A stretch of 64,000 bases of DNA from Macrostomum lignano (GCA_002269645.1 NIVC01000166.1:567490-631489); one strand, 5' to 3'. Positions 37,126 to 48,426 are shown, numbered from the stretch's first letter. Notes: generated by a model not told the origin, from the sequence alone. Numbers and translations are program-made.

Positions 37126-38370
37126 CCGCTGGGACTCTCACATTGCGTAGTTTGATGCAAAGGGCCCAGAGCCAGACCTGGTTATATTCTTGTTTAAAGT
37201 CCAGCAGCACAAGGGCCGAGCGGAAGGCAGGGCTGGCTTCGAGGCTGTCAAAAATCAATTGGCAGACGTGGGCCAGCATCTCTTCCATGCTGCAGCCAAA
37301 GCGAAAGCCAGCTTGTTCAGGGGTAAGCCGATGGTGCTATTCAAGCTAGACACTGAGATGCTGCTAGATGAGCCGCTCTATGGTCTTCGCAATGCAGCTA
37401 GTGAGCGCGATTGGGTAGTATGAAGTTGGATTGCTTGGGTCCTTACCCTTCTTTGGGATTGGCACAATCGTAGTGCGGTGTTACCTAGCGGGGATGGGGT
37501 TGCCATGCCAGGTACGATTAATCAAGTTAAGGAGATGGGCTTTGGTGTCTGGCGAGAGCTGTTTGATCATTTCATTGGTGATTCCGTCCGGGCTGGCACT
37601 CTTGCCGGTTTTGAGCCGGCTGATGGTGGCGCGCAACTCAGGCAGGGAGAAGTCGCACTCGGCGTCACTGAGGGGTGCCCGGCGGCAGCTGCGCAGGTAG
37701 TTGTTTGCTTCAGTACGGACGTTTTTCTCGTTGTTGGCTGGCTCAAGCTGGGACTCGCTGGTGTAGATACCAACAAACAGATCGGCTTTCTCATGATCGG
37801 TGATAGCCTTGTGAGTGGCCCCGCATTCCGAGGTGTTTTGGGTGGTTGCACTTGATCGAGGTGGGGCGGCGTCGCTGCGGAGCTTCCAGGTGAGGCGGAA
37901 GAGGTCGGAGCTGATGTTGAGCTGCTTGCAGGTGTTCTCCCAATGCTCTCGCTTCGCAGTGGCAATGGTCTTGCGTAGTGAGACGCGGGCTCCATTGTAG
38001 TCAGTTATGTTGGCCGCCGACGGGGTGATCTCCATCTGTTTAAGGGCGGCGAACAGGCCTCCAGGGGGCGCAATCGCAGTTTTCGTTCCAGAAGGACTTG
38101 GCCTGGCCCTTGCAGGCTCCTCTGGGGATGGCTGCTGATGCAGCCTGGAGGATGTCGCTGCAGAGGTGCTTGTACGCCTGTGAGGTGCTGACGGGAGGGC
38201 GATCCTGGGTGGTCGCGGAATGCAGGGAGCTGCAAAAGAGCGGCCAGTCGGCCTTTTTGAAGGCCCAGGCGGTGCGGTTGGTAATGGGGGGACGTGCTCC
38301 ATCGTGGATCGAGAACCGTATTGGCAGGTGATCGGAGCCGAGGTCCTTGCTGACGCCCCAGCCGAGGTCC
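37126..38370 (-). pseudogene. Non-LTR retrotransposon ORF2 fragment (end of APE endonuclease, linker, RT start), probably I-group
   Basis: DLGSDHLPI, WAFKKADWPLF, LKTGKSASPDGITNEMIK, TIVPIPKKGKDPSNPTSYYPIALTSC, QAGFR, LDFKQEYNQVW. Frameshifts and several stops. Confidence 0.9.
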
Positions 38371-39058
38371 TCGCAATTTTCCCGGAAAATTGAGACATTT
38401 TGCCACCCTCGAAAGGGTGCGGTCGCGTCACGAATGCAATCTCGTTGCCACCCATGATCAGAATTGCTAGTGTCGCTGCAAGCAACTCTCTAGTGGCTCT
38501 AGTGACTCTAGCGACTCTAGTGACTCTAGCGACTCTGAGGCAACTCTTTTGACTTTTTAATATGATGTAGAGGCGACTGTTGGGACACAATTGCAGAATT
38601 GTAAAAAGATTGCAAAAATTGTCTTCTTAAGAGTTATTGTGTTAGCACCTAATTTTCTACTAACTTAAGTAGACTAATTGCGAAATTTGATTCTAATTCA
38701 TAAAGTGACAATGCAGATCAACTCTAATTATAAAATGCCTCAAATATGACTCTATAGGCCTAGAGTCATTATAAAAGCACCCCACAGTCACTTGTGTCGT
38801 CCCAGAGTCATTACAGAGTCGCAGAAATAGATTTATTAAAGGCCTCAAATCGACTCTTACGCGATTTTTTAATGACTTGCGACCCTGACACCTCGTCATT
38901 TGGAGTCAATTCTTTCTTAATTTACCTGTGTTGCCTAAGTACTGTTTTCATCAGAAATGGGGGCGTACACAGCGGCGCTGACTTTATCATTGCCAGGTAA
39001 TAAAAAATATGAATTTAAACAAATCTTACAGCTAAATTCCAAGCCCAAGCTATACACA

Positions 39059-39730
39059 ATGCGCAGTCCAAAGTCGCAGCAGGGAAACAGTTCCAGTTCA
39101 GCTTTGTCATCAGCAGCGGTTGGCAACAAGCTCAAGCAGCACAAGCGCAAACTGGCCGAGCTGAGAGCCAGCCACGCCAAGCTGCAGACTGAGCACGCCG
39201 ACTGCCGGCTCACCATCGCGTCCCTGCGCGAACGAAACGCCATGCTTGAGGCCCGGGCTTCGTCCTCAACTTCAACCGCAGCCTCCTCAGCTGCTGCCGC
39301 CACCAACAGTCGGCAGTCCTACCTAGCCAAGGAGAACGAGCATCTTATGCGACAGCTGGACAGCCTTCTGTCTGCCGCCAATTCTCGTCGAACGTCTGGC
39401 AACGAGGACGCCGCGTCGCAGTGCTCTTCGTCCTTTCACTCGGCTGCCGCTGCCTCTGTGGCTGCCGCATCTGTCCAGACCGAATCTGACTGTCGAGGCA
39501 GCGACAGTTCAACTGCCGAGTCTCTGGCCCGACTCACTGGCGAGATTGGCGACCTGCTTGATCAGCTGCGCGCCGGCCGGGAGCGCGAGGAGGCGCTCCG
39601 CTGCAAGCTGGTCACCGCTGAGGAGCGGGTGGCCTTCGTGCGCGAAGAGAAAAAAGAATTGCAAAAGCGAACGGACCGCTACTTAGACGAGAAGCTGGAA
39701 AAGGGAGAGGCGCTTGAAGAAGCTAAAGCG
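39059..39730 (+). CDS. Long coiled-coil protein, exon 1 (start could be upstream at 38957)
   Basis: Heptad-rich ORF KLAELRASHAKLQTEHADCRLTIASLRERNAMLEAR..., ending GCG|gtaagt, phase 0. Confidence 0.7.
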
Positions 39731-40302
39731 GTAAGTTTCTATTTAGTCTAGGTGCCGATATGTAGCTTATATTACTTTGTTAAAGTGGTTTTGACCGCTT
39801 TTTAAAGCAACTGTTTTGAAAATCTTAAATTTTTATTCTAGACTAGTCTATATAAGCAGTCTAGCCTGTTTAATTATTTGCCTGTTTTTTCGTTAAATTA
39901 AAAACTTTAGCTCCGTGCCGATATGTAGCGTAAAATAACTTTTGTGTAGCGCTTTTTGAAGTGCCGTAAATGAGTTTAAACAAAAATTGGGTGGTCCTTT
40001 AACTATTATTTTTTATTTAGAAATGGTTTTTCAGGCAAAATTTTCTGTCGGCTGTTAAATTCTTGTATCCATTTTTTAGCAAGATCTAAACATTGGATAT
40101 GTACCGATATGTAGCGTAATATACTTTGTAAGATAGTTTTCTGGCAGTTTAAAGAATGAAATTTTAGCTATGCTCGGACTTGAAAAATCAAGAATAGAAA
40201 TCTTTCTTCTGGAATTAAAAAACAGGGGAGGTTAGGTGCCGATATGTAGCGTAAATAACTTTGTGGAGCACAATTTTTTTTCGGGACCAATTAATTATGC
40301 AG

Positions 40303-40854
40303 GAGATCCAACGCCTGGAAGCCGCTTTAGCCGAGGCGGATTCTAAATTATCGGCCGCCTCAGAATCCGCTGCTAGCGCCGCCACCAGCGCCGAGCAGCG
40401 CGCCAACGACGCCGTAAAACTCGCCGAGAAGCGCACCGCCGATGCTGAACAACGCGCCGCGCGCGCCGAATCGTCTCTAGCCGAGCTTCAACGACGCCAG
40501 ACAGCCGCCGCCGATGTTGAGAAACGCCAGCTGCTCAGCCGATGTCGCGAAGCTGAACGCCTGGCCGCCGAGCGCGAGCAGTCTGTGCGCGAGATTGATG
40601 TCCGCCTCAGCCGAGCCGTAGCGGAGGCCGAGTCGCAGTCGCGGGAGGCCCGCTCAGCAAAAGACCGGCTGGCCGCCGTGGAGGCGGAGAAAAATCGAAT
40701 TTTAGAATCGGCGAATTCGACGACCAACGAGACGGAGCGTCGACTGGTTGAGGAGCGTCGGCGGGTGGCCGGGTTTGAGCAGGCCCAGTCCGCTGCCAAG
40801 GAGATGCTGGCCGACCTGCAGGAGCAGGTTGCCGTGCTCAAAGATCAGCTCAAG
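40303..40854 (+). CDS. Coiled-coil protein, exon 2
   Basis: atgcag|GAG ATC CAA ... CTC AAG|gttcgg; A/E/R-rich; phase 0 at both ends. Confidence 0.75.
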
Positions 40855-41059
40855 GTTCGGCTCAGTTTCTCTGCTTTGTTGCAGTTAATTATACAGATCT
40901 TTCTGTTTCACTAGTTTTCATTTGCTGCTTTTATAGCTCGTAGCTCAAAGCTAAAATTACTGGTGTATAATATCTCTATGAGGTGAAGTTTAATCTCGTG
41001 AAAGTGCTGATAACTGATGACGTGATTAGGTATATTATTCCTAGCTTCATATCTTCTTG

Positions 41060-41390
41060 TCTGTTAGGTCTTACTCTTCCTGTCTTCATGTCTTCGTGTC
41101 GTCCTATCTTCATGTCTTCGTGTCTTCATGTTTTCGTGTCTTCATGTCTTCGTGTCTTCATGTCTTCGTGTCTTCGTGTCTTCATGTCTTCGTTTCTTCA
41201 TGTCTTCGTGTCTTCATGGCGTCCTATCTTAATGTCTTCATGTCTTCATGTCTCCATGTCTTCGTGTCTTTGTCTCTTCATGCTTTCGTGTCTTCGTGCC
41301 TTCATGTCTTCGTGCCTTCATGTCTTCGTGTCTTCACGTCTTCATGTCTTCATGTCTTCCTATCTTTATTTCTTCATGTCTTCATGCGTG
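41060..41390. repeat. 8-bp TCTTC(A/G)TG repeat in intron
   Basis: Visible array. Confidence 0.85.
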
Positions 41391-41447
41391 ATTGCGTGAG
41401 CTGAGCCACAACCACTATACTTAACTGCACCTACCCGTCGCCTCCAG

Positions 41448-41789
41448 TCCGCACAGGCCCAGCTGGACCGTCGCCAGCAGGCGGCCGCAGCCGACACGGC
41501 CGCCCAGCTGTCCGAGAATCGCTCCGCACTCAGCTCCGAGCGTAAACGCGCCGCCAAATCGGAATCGGAGGTCGAACGATTGCTGCAACGACTGCGCCAG
41601 ACAGAATCGGAATTGGACTCGGCCGAGCGCAGGCATCAGGAAGCTCGGGAGGAATGGCAGACTCGAGCCTATCAGCTTGAACAGACCTGCGCTCAACAAT
41701 TAAAATTAATTGATTATTTGCGACCGTTTGAAGAGCAATTGAATAATTGTCGGTGTCGGGCTAAGAAAGTTGTGCGAGTTCTCGGACAG
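41448..41789 (+). CDS. Coiled-coil protein, exon 3
   Basis: ctccag|SAQAQLDRRQQ...LEQTCAQQLKLIDYLRPF...VLGQ|gtgagt; phases consistent. Confidence 0.75.
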
Positions 41790-41807
41790 GTGAGTATCTG
41801 TTGACTG

Positions 41808-42270
41808 CTCTGATTGGTCAGGAAAAGGTAGAGAGAATCATACTAGGACTTCTCTGATTGGTCAGGAAAGGTTAAAGAGAGAGAGAGAATCAGACTAGGG
41901 CTTCTCTGATTAAATAGGAAAGGGGTAGAGAGAGAATCAGAACAGGACTTCTCTGATTGGTCAGGAAAGGGGTAGAAAGAGAATCAGACTAGAACTTCTC
42001 TGATTGGTCAGGAAAGGGGTAGTGAGAGAATCAGACTAGGACTTCTCTGATTGGTCAGGAAAGGGGTAGAAAGAGAATCAGACTATAGCTTCTCTGATTG
42101 GTCAGGAAAGGGATAGAGAGAGAGTCAGACTAGAGCTTCTCTGATTGGTCAGGAAAGGGATAGAGAGAGAATCACACTAGGGCTTCTCTGATTGGTCAGG
42201 AAAGGGATAGAGAGAGAATCAGACTAGGGCTTCTCTGATTATGGTCAGGGGTCAGAGAGAGAATCAGACT
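41808..42270. repeat. ~46-bp minisatellite CTCTGATTGGTCAGGAAAGGGGTAGAGAGAGAATCAGACTAGGGCTT
   Basis: About 10 copies; inverted arms TCTGATT/AATCAGA. Confidence 0.9.
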
Positions 42271-42520
42271 GCTGGCCCAGCAACTGAGTATCTGGGAGCC
42301 TCGCCTTTCTTTATTTGGTCAGAAACTTGAGAAAATACATCTGTTATGGGACATTCTAAATAAATTCCAGATAAATTCCACTGTATTGGGAAAGAATTTA
42401 GTCAGACCAACCGGCTATGCTGGGACTGAAGCCACCTGACGGAATATATCTGTATATCTTCCCCCCCATGCAGCAAAAATGTACATTTCCTAAATTTATT
42501 GTCAATCCGCCATTATCCAG

Positions 42521-42688
42521 TGGAACTCGGCAGCTCTGTCAACTCCGCAGAGGACCAGCGCATCCACAGTTGCAGCTCCGCAAGATGGAGCGACAATGTC
42601 AGTTCAGAAGCAGCAGCATCAACAAGCTGTTGGCAGTTGGCCATCAAGCAACAAATACAGTTTTGTTACTCCTAAAAGCAAGCCCTGA
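42521..42688 (+). CDS. Coiled-coil protein, probable last exon
   Basis: ttatccag|WNSAALSTPQRTSAST...KYSFVTPKSKP*; phase 0. Confidence 0.55.
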   Translation, partial: WNSAALSTPQRTSASTVAAPQDGATMSVQKQQHQQAVGSWPSSNKYSFVTPKSKP

Positions 42689-43569
42689 TTAGTTGCTTAT
42701 TCAACTCGGTTCAGTCATTTCTCTTGAGTGCTTTTAACTACCTGTTATTAACTAAAACTTTTGTATTTCTTAACTGATTTTTATTCTTGTAAATATATAC
42801 TTAATTGTTACTTCAAGTAGGCATTTAAAAATCAAGCATATTGCTTTCTAAATTTATCTTATGAAGTTTTTTGCGGCTTTTTAATTATCCCACAGGCGTC
42901 TGCATTTGTGTCTATTTAGCTAATTATGCTAGCTTGCACAGCTCAAATTATTCATTGCATGCTCAATTATACTATAATTGCTTTTTATAAAACTGAACTT
43001 TCTATCTTATATCACACTATTTTTTCATGCTTGTTTTTTACTGTTTTGTATAAAAATTAAATCATTGCGAGCGTAAAATTTAATGAAGTATTTTTATAAT
43101 GGCTTCATCAGTAAAGGGACAAAATGTAAAAATTAATATTTGGTGCTTCTCTCTGTTCAGTATGTGTAATTATTTAGTGTCAGTTGCAGGTATTTTTCAT
43201 ATTTTTATGTAACGCTGCACTAAATAGTACCTTTTTATACTACTTAAAGTAAACACGCTTGATTTGTAGCAGGTAGAAATTTTCGGCGAGCTATAAATGA
43301 GTTGACTTGTTCAATTTTTTATTCGCCGTTAACTAATATCTGACATTGCATAGGCATTGATATTGCGAAACAATTTCTATTTTAAAATAGATTCATTGGC
43401 GTATATTTTTTTCTGCAGTTTCAATCCTCTCGGTCACTGTTGCAGCTTCCCCTGCGCCTCATCAGGCGGTTAGTAATGGCTTTTAATCAGTTAAATTAGA
43501 TCCACTCTTAGCTACTCATAGTGATGGCGTTGCCATTGATGATGCTATAATCAAGTTACATAGATATCT

Positions 43570-43910
43570 GCTTAGCTTCCAGTCCAGATGGTATCATTAG
43601 GTTACATGGACTGCTGGTTAGCTTCCAGTCCAGATTGTATCGTTAGGTTGCATGGACTGCTGGTTAGCTTCCAGTCCAGATGCTATCATTAGGTTACATG
43701 GACTGCTGGTTAGCTTCCAGTCCAGATGCTATCGTTAGGTTACATGGACTGCTGATTAGCTTCCAGTCCAGATGCTATCATTAGGTTACATGCACTGCTG
43801 ATTAGCTTCCAGTCCAGATGCTATCATTAGGTTACATGCACTGCTGATTAGTTTCCAGTCCAGATGCTATCGTTAGGTTGCATGGACTGCTGGTAGCTTC
43901 CGGTCCAGAT
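43570..43910. repeat. 46-bp minisatellite AGCTTCCAGTCCAGATGCTATCATTAGGTTACATGGACTGCTGGTT
   Basis: Unit starts at 43574 and 43620; inverted arms CAGTCCA/TGGACTG. Confidence 0.92.
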
Positions 43911-43994
43911 TGCTACATTCAGTCGAACAGTTTCCAGTCCAAAATTTTATAGGTCAAAGACTCATTTTCAAAGAACACCATCCCCATCCAATGC

Positions 43995-44348
43995 ATGCGT
44001 CACCTGGGCCGCAGGATGTCCGCCTCCGACCCGGAGGCCAGAAGCCTATCGACGACTGCCAGCTCCTCGGCATCAAATCCGTCGTCTTTGTCAGTGAATT
44101 TGGAGCCATTTTTAGCTCAACTGCCGCACAATATCCATGACAACGCTGCTAGCAACAACAGTAACTCCTATACGATTGGCGCCGTCGATGAGAACCCTGC
44201 CGACGCTGTGAATGGCGCTCCGGCGCCAAATCCAACAGCTGGTCAGCAGCAGAACCCGAATCAGGCATTTATTCAAGTCACTAAAGCGGTGCTGCCTTCA
44301 CTGCCCTTCATTCTGCTGTTGGCCTTGAAGTTTCTGTACGATCACAAG
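43995..44348 (+). CDS. RNFT: RNFT1/2-like RING finger transmembrane protein, exon 1
   Basis: ...LPSLPFILLLALKFLYDHK|gtgaga matches RNFT 'LPFILLLxxK..H'. Confidence 0.85.
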
Positions 44349-45019
44349 GTGAGAGAGTGCGTGTCTCGGGTTCAGCTATGATTAACTTGTAAATAAATAT
44401 GGAGAGTTACCCATTCCGCTGTGACCTCTGAGTCGCGGACACGTGTTGTACAGGGGCTCTGACCTGCTCGTCATTATTGAAGTTCGCACACGTGTGTGTG
44501 TATTTTAATTTTACAAGAAAAGTCTTAATTATCCTTGTGAAAAACGTTAACATGACAAGAATCGCCTAGAGTCATTGCAAACGATTCAATGGGGCCGGCT
44601 CTTGTTACTTTTGAAACGACCCAAGCGACTGTAATGCGACGGAGAGGCGACTTTTAAGTCACGAGCGCGGAGCGCGTCACGTGGGTTGCAGAACCTTGAC
44701 GACTTTGATTGGCGACTTGTACCGCGACATCTCGTCGCTTTGGATTCGTCTAGAGTCGCTTCTTTCCTATTTTACCTGCGTTACTTGCAACTGACTCTGG
44801 GACGCTTCTTGGCCTGGGTACCGTTTATATCAGTTTTGCACATGACCTTGAAATAAATTAAGCAGAGGTGCATGCTGAGATAATTGATATTGAAGCTGAG
44901 AAATGCATTAATAATCTATAGGTGGAAAATGAATTGAACTCGCGGGGTACTTTGAAGAGAGCCAAACGATTGTCAATTTATTGAACTAGCCAAGCCCGAT
45001 ACAACGCCCCCAAACCAAG

Positions 45020-45541
45020 GTCGGACTTCTGCTGTTCGTCTGCCTGTGGCTGCTGTTCGCCAAATGCAACGAAGGCGTCACAAAGCTGATCAGTCGGAGT
45101 CGAGCGCCAGTTGTTAACCTAGCAGCCTCCTCTGGGGCCTCGCATCGCAGACAAGCCGCCTGTCTGTGCTTAGTTTGCCTAGCAACTGTGCTTCTAGTTA
45201 TTTACCTCTTCAAAGAGCAGTCATTGTGGCTCAGTCTGATTTGTTTGCCACCAAATTTGCAAACCTACGGCTTCTGGAGCCTGCTGTTCACCGTGACTGT
45301 CGCTGATATGCTGCTAAAGTTTGTTGTCATGTCGATTAAACTGTCGGCTGTCTGCTTGCTGTCTGACAGGCTGTCCTGCGTGTCGCTAACTCGGATTTAT
45401 TTAATAGTGGAACGATTCTATCAGCTGTACAGACAGTTTGTCCCCATCGGAGTCTGGTATGTCACTCTCGTGTCTGGCGGCGGAGCCGACTCCTCACGTA
45501 TCTACACCAGCCTGCTAGTGATTGCCTATGCCATTTTTAAA
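45020..45541 (+). CDS. RNFT: RNFT1/2-like, exon 2 (TM region)
   Basis: caag|VGLLLFVCLW...QSLWLSLICLPP...FWSLLFTVTVADMLLKF...YQLYRQFVPIGVW...YAIFK|gtgagt. Confidence 0.9.
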
Positions 45542-45649
45542 GTGAGTTCTGCTTACTGCTTTTACGTTTGATTATTTTTAAATTCGTTTTTATGTTTAAA
45601 TTTTGATAACAGTAACTCTTGTTTCCGAGTACACTTGCATTGATTACAG

Positions 45650-45975
45650 ATATCCACCATTAACTCTGCGTCTGCACCAACCCGCCAGCCATCTTCACCA
45701 ACCCCCAGCCATCTTAACCAATCCCCTAGCCGTCTGCACCAACCCCCCCCAGCCGTCTGCACCAACCCCTTCCAGCCGTCTGCACCAACCCCCCCCCCCA
45801 GCCGTCTGCACCAACCCCCCCCCCAGCCGTCTGCACCAACCCCTTCCAGCCATCTGCACCAACCCCAGCCATCCTCACCAACCCCCAGCCATCTGCACCA
45901 ACCCCAGCCATCTGCACCAACCCCCCAGCATCTGCACCAACCCCCCAGCCATCTGCACCAACCCCCTGCACCAAC
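45650..45975. repeat. ~20-bp CAGCC(A/G)TCTGCACCAACCCC repeat in RNFT intron
   Basis: Visible array. Confidence 0.85.
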
Positions 45976-46087
45976 TTCCGGCTTTTATAATATTTATGTT
46001 TATATTTACGGCAACTTTTTACTTAAGGCAAGCCAACTACTGAGAGTAGCATCTATACCTAGCAATAACAACATCTTCCCCGGGCAG

Positions 46088-46429
46088 GTGCACAGCCTCT
46101 ATACCTCGGCTATACCGCTAGTCAAGATCCTGGCCAATCTAATCCAAACCCCAACGCTATTCGGCAATAACACCGCTCAATCGTCAACTAAGAGCTCCGA
46201 CACCGGTGGTTGCTCCGACTCGAACGAGTGCCCGATCTGTCGCGAGCTGATGCGCGGTCCAGTTAGACTGGCCTGCCAGCACGCCTTCTGTCTGGACTGC
46301 CTGCTGCGCTGGCTGGCGCAGTCGCGAACCTGCCCGATGTGCCGTCAGGCTGTGGCGCCACCAGTGGACGGCCAGGACGCTCTGGCCTGGCTAGATGGCT
46401 CCACTACATCCGGGTTGCAGATCTACTGA
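46088..46429 (+). CDS. RNFT: RNFT1/2-like, last exon (C3HC4 RING)
   Basis: CPICRELMRGPVRLACQHAFCLDCLLRWLAQSRTCPMCR plus the family C-terminus W.DGSTTSGLQIY*. Spliced product ~405 aa. Confidence 0.93.
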   Translation: MHSLYTSAIPLVKILANLIQTPTLFGNNTAQSSTKSSDTGGCSDSNECPICRELMRGPVRLACQHAFCLDCLLRWLAQSRTCPMCRQAVAPPVDGQDALAWLDGSTTSGLQIY

Positions 46430-46536
46430 CCTACAGTTGGAGTTCTAAGCAAAAAGCATGGCCTATTGCTAAATGGTCCATTTTTGTGAAATGCTTAATT
46501 TGTTCTTTTTTAAAGTTTATTGTCGCTAAATATTTA

Positions 46537-46820
46537 CCTGAGCTCAAAGACTCACCTGAGCTCAAAGACTCACCTGAGCTCAACGACTCACCTGAGCTCA
46601 ACGACTCACCTGAGCTCGAAGACTCAAGGCTCACCTGAGCTCAAAGACTCACTTGAACTCAAAGACTCACCTGAGCTCAAAGACTCACCTGAGCTCGAAG
46701 ACTCAAGGCTCACCTGAGCTCAAAGACTCACCTGAGCTCAACGACTCACCTGAGCTCGAAGACTCAAGACTCACCTGAGCTCAAAGACTCACCTGAGCTC
46801 AAAGACTCACCTGAGCTCCA
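46537..46820. repeat. 18-bp minisatellite CTCACCTGAGCTCAAAGA
   Basis: Visible array downstream of the RNFT stop. Confidence 0.92.
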
Positions 46821-48106
46821 GGATCAAGCTCAAAAATTCTTCCACAGAGACTCAAGTGTCGCCTGAAGTTTCTGTTGCTTTATCTAGATCCTTTTTATTT
46901 CACTTATTGCCCATTGTATCCTCCTCAAAACGAACTGATATTCAGTCAGAGCCTTGAGGTTTCAAATCGATTTATCAGCTTATTAAAAATTTTAATTTTT
47001 TGTTTGATGATTTTTATCTGTCACTGGTTTAATTTTAAAAAAAGTTAAAATATAATAAATCAAAATTTTCTTTTATAAAAGCAACCAATATTTGTGCTGT
47101 CTTTCTGACAGTAGCATGGTGAAGTGTTTTTACATTGAATATTCATCGCTAAGTTTTTAATTTAAATTGCTGTACATTGTCTTCTTTTTTGTCTTCTTCT
47201 GTGTTCCAAAGTTTGTTCACTAACCTCTGCTTGTTAATAGAAGGTTATATTGTTTTCATTCTATTCAGAGAATTGTTGCAAGATCAGAGATTAAACTATT
47301 TTTATTGGTTGTTGGGCAGAATTTTTTTAATTGTTTGTTTCCTGTTGATTTATTTTAGTTTTAATGATGAATGGAGTAGGCTATTTTTAGTATTGAATAA
47401 GTTTTGCGACCTTAATCTAGTTTTGCGCAGGAAAAATCGGTTGTTTATTCTTGCCAGTCAAAGTACTTTTTAACTGGTGTTCCTGGTCGATCATGGACTC
47501 CCAGTTTTAGCAAAGATACTAGAATAAATCGCAGTTAACGTTGTGAAGTATGAAAAAGTAGAGCGTCTACTCTGTGTTCAGTAGTTCGTCTGCGCAGTGT
47601 CACTTATAAATTTAATATAACAGTTAAAATTCCTTTTTTCCTCAGGATTTGCAGCCTCAGGAGTATGTGGGGTTAAGAATGAACAACAAGCATTTAACTC
47701 AATGTGCAAAAGTGAACGCAAAACGGACGAAACTCAGCTTAGGGGCGAGCGGGGGCAGACCCAAGGATGATATATAACAACTGTATTGTCAAACTACTCC
47801 ATCTATAAGGGTTGAATATGCCTAAAATGTGACTCACCAAACCCCTGCTTCCAGCTCATTGGCTGCTATTTTTAGCTCACTTGCTATGCCAAACTATGTA
47901 AAAACATTGCCTGGTGGTTAGAAAACTAGCTAGAACGGGAGGGCTCGCGGGGGGGAAGAGAGATAAATGCAGGGGTGTGTTTGCAAGGTTGTTATCTTCC
48001 TAGTGTATTTAAAACCCTCCAGCCAATGAGCATAAAAAAGGGGATTTGCGGGTCAAAATTTAAGCATGCTTTAGTGCTAGTCTGACAATCCAGCTGTTAT
48101 ATATCA

Positions 48107-48365
48107 TCCTTGGGCCCAATCTAGCTCAGCCAATGAGAGAGCTGTAAGGTGAAAGTCAGATGGACGAAACTCAGCCTAGGGGACAGGCGCAATCTAGCTC
48201 AGCCAATGAGAGAGCAGAAAGGATAGAGGTGAAAGTCAGATAGACGAAAATCAGCCTAGGGGGCAGGCCCAATCTGGCTCAGCCAATCAGAAAGCAAAAA
48301 GGATAGAGGTGAAAGTCAGACAGACGAAAATCAGCCTAGGGGGCAGGCCCAATCTGGCTCAGCCA
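48107..48365 (+). promoter_or_regulatory. Tandem 72-80 bp units, each carrying a CCAAT box, just upstream of the ADPGK-like ATG
   Basis: CTCAGCCAAT occurs four times (~48125, 48197, 48277, 48358), the last ~60 bp before the ATG at 48427. Confidence 0.45.
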
Positions 48366-48426
48366 ATTCGTTCCGTTAGTTTTTCAATACCCAACGCCAC
48401 GCCATGCCCGCTCCCGCTCTTTTTGC

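Noticed and set aside
39750-40270. CRISPR-like 29-bp repeats with spacers
   Set aside because: Spacers of ~110-160 bp are too long and partly similar to each other; intronic; no cas genes.
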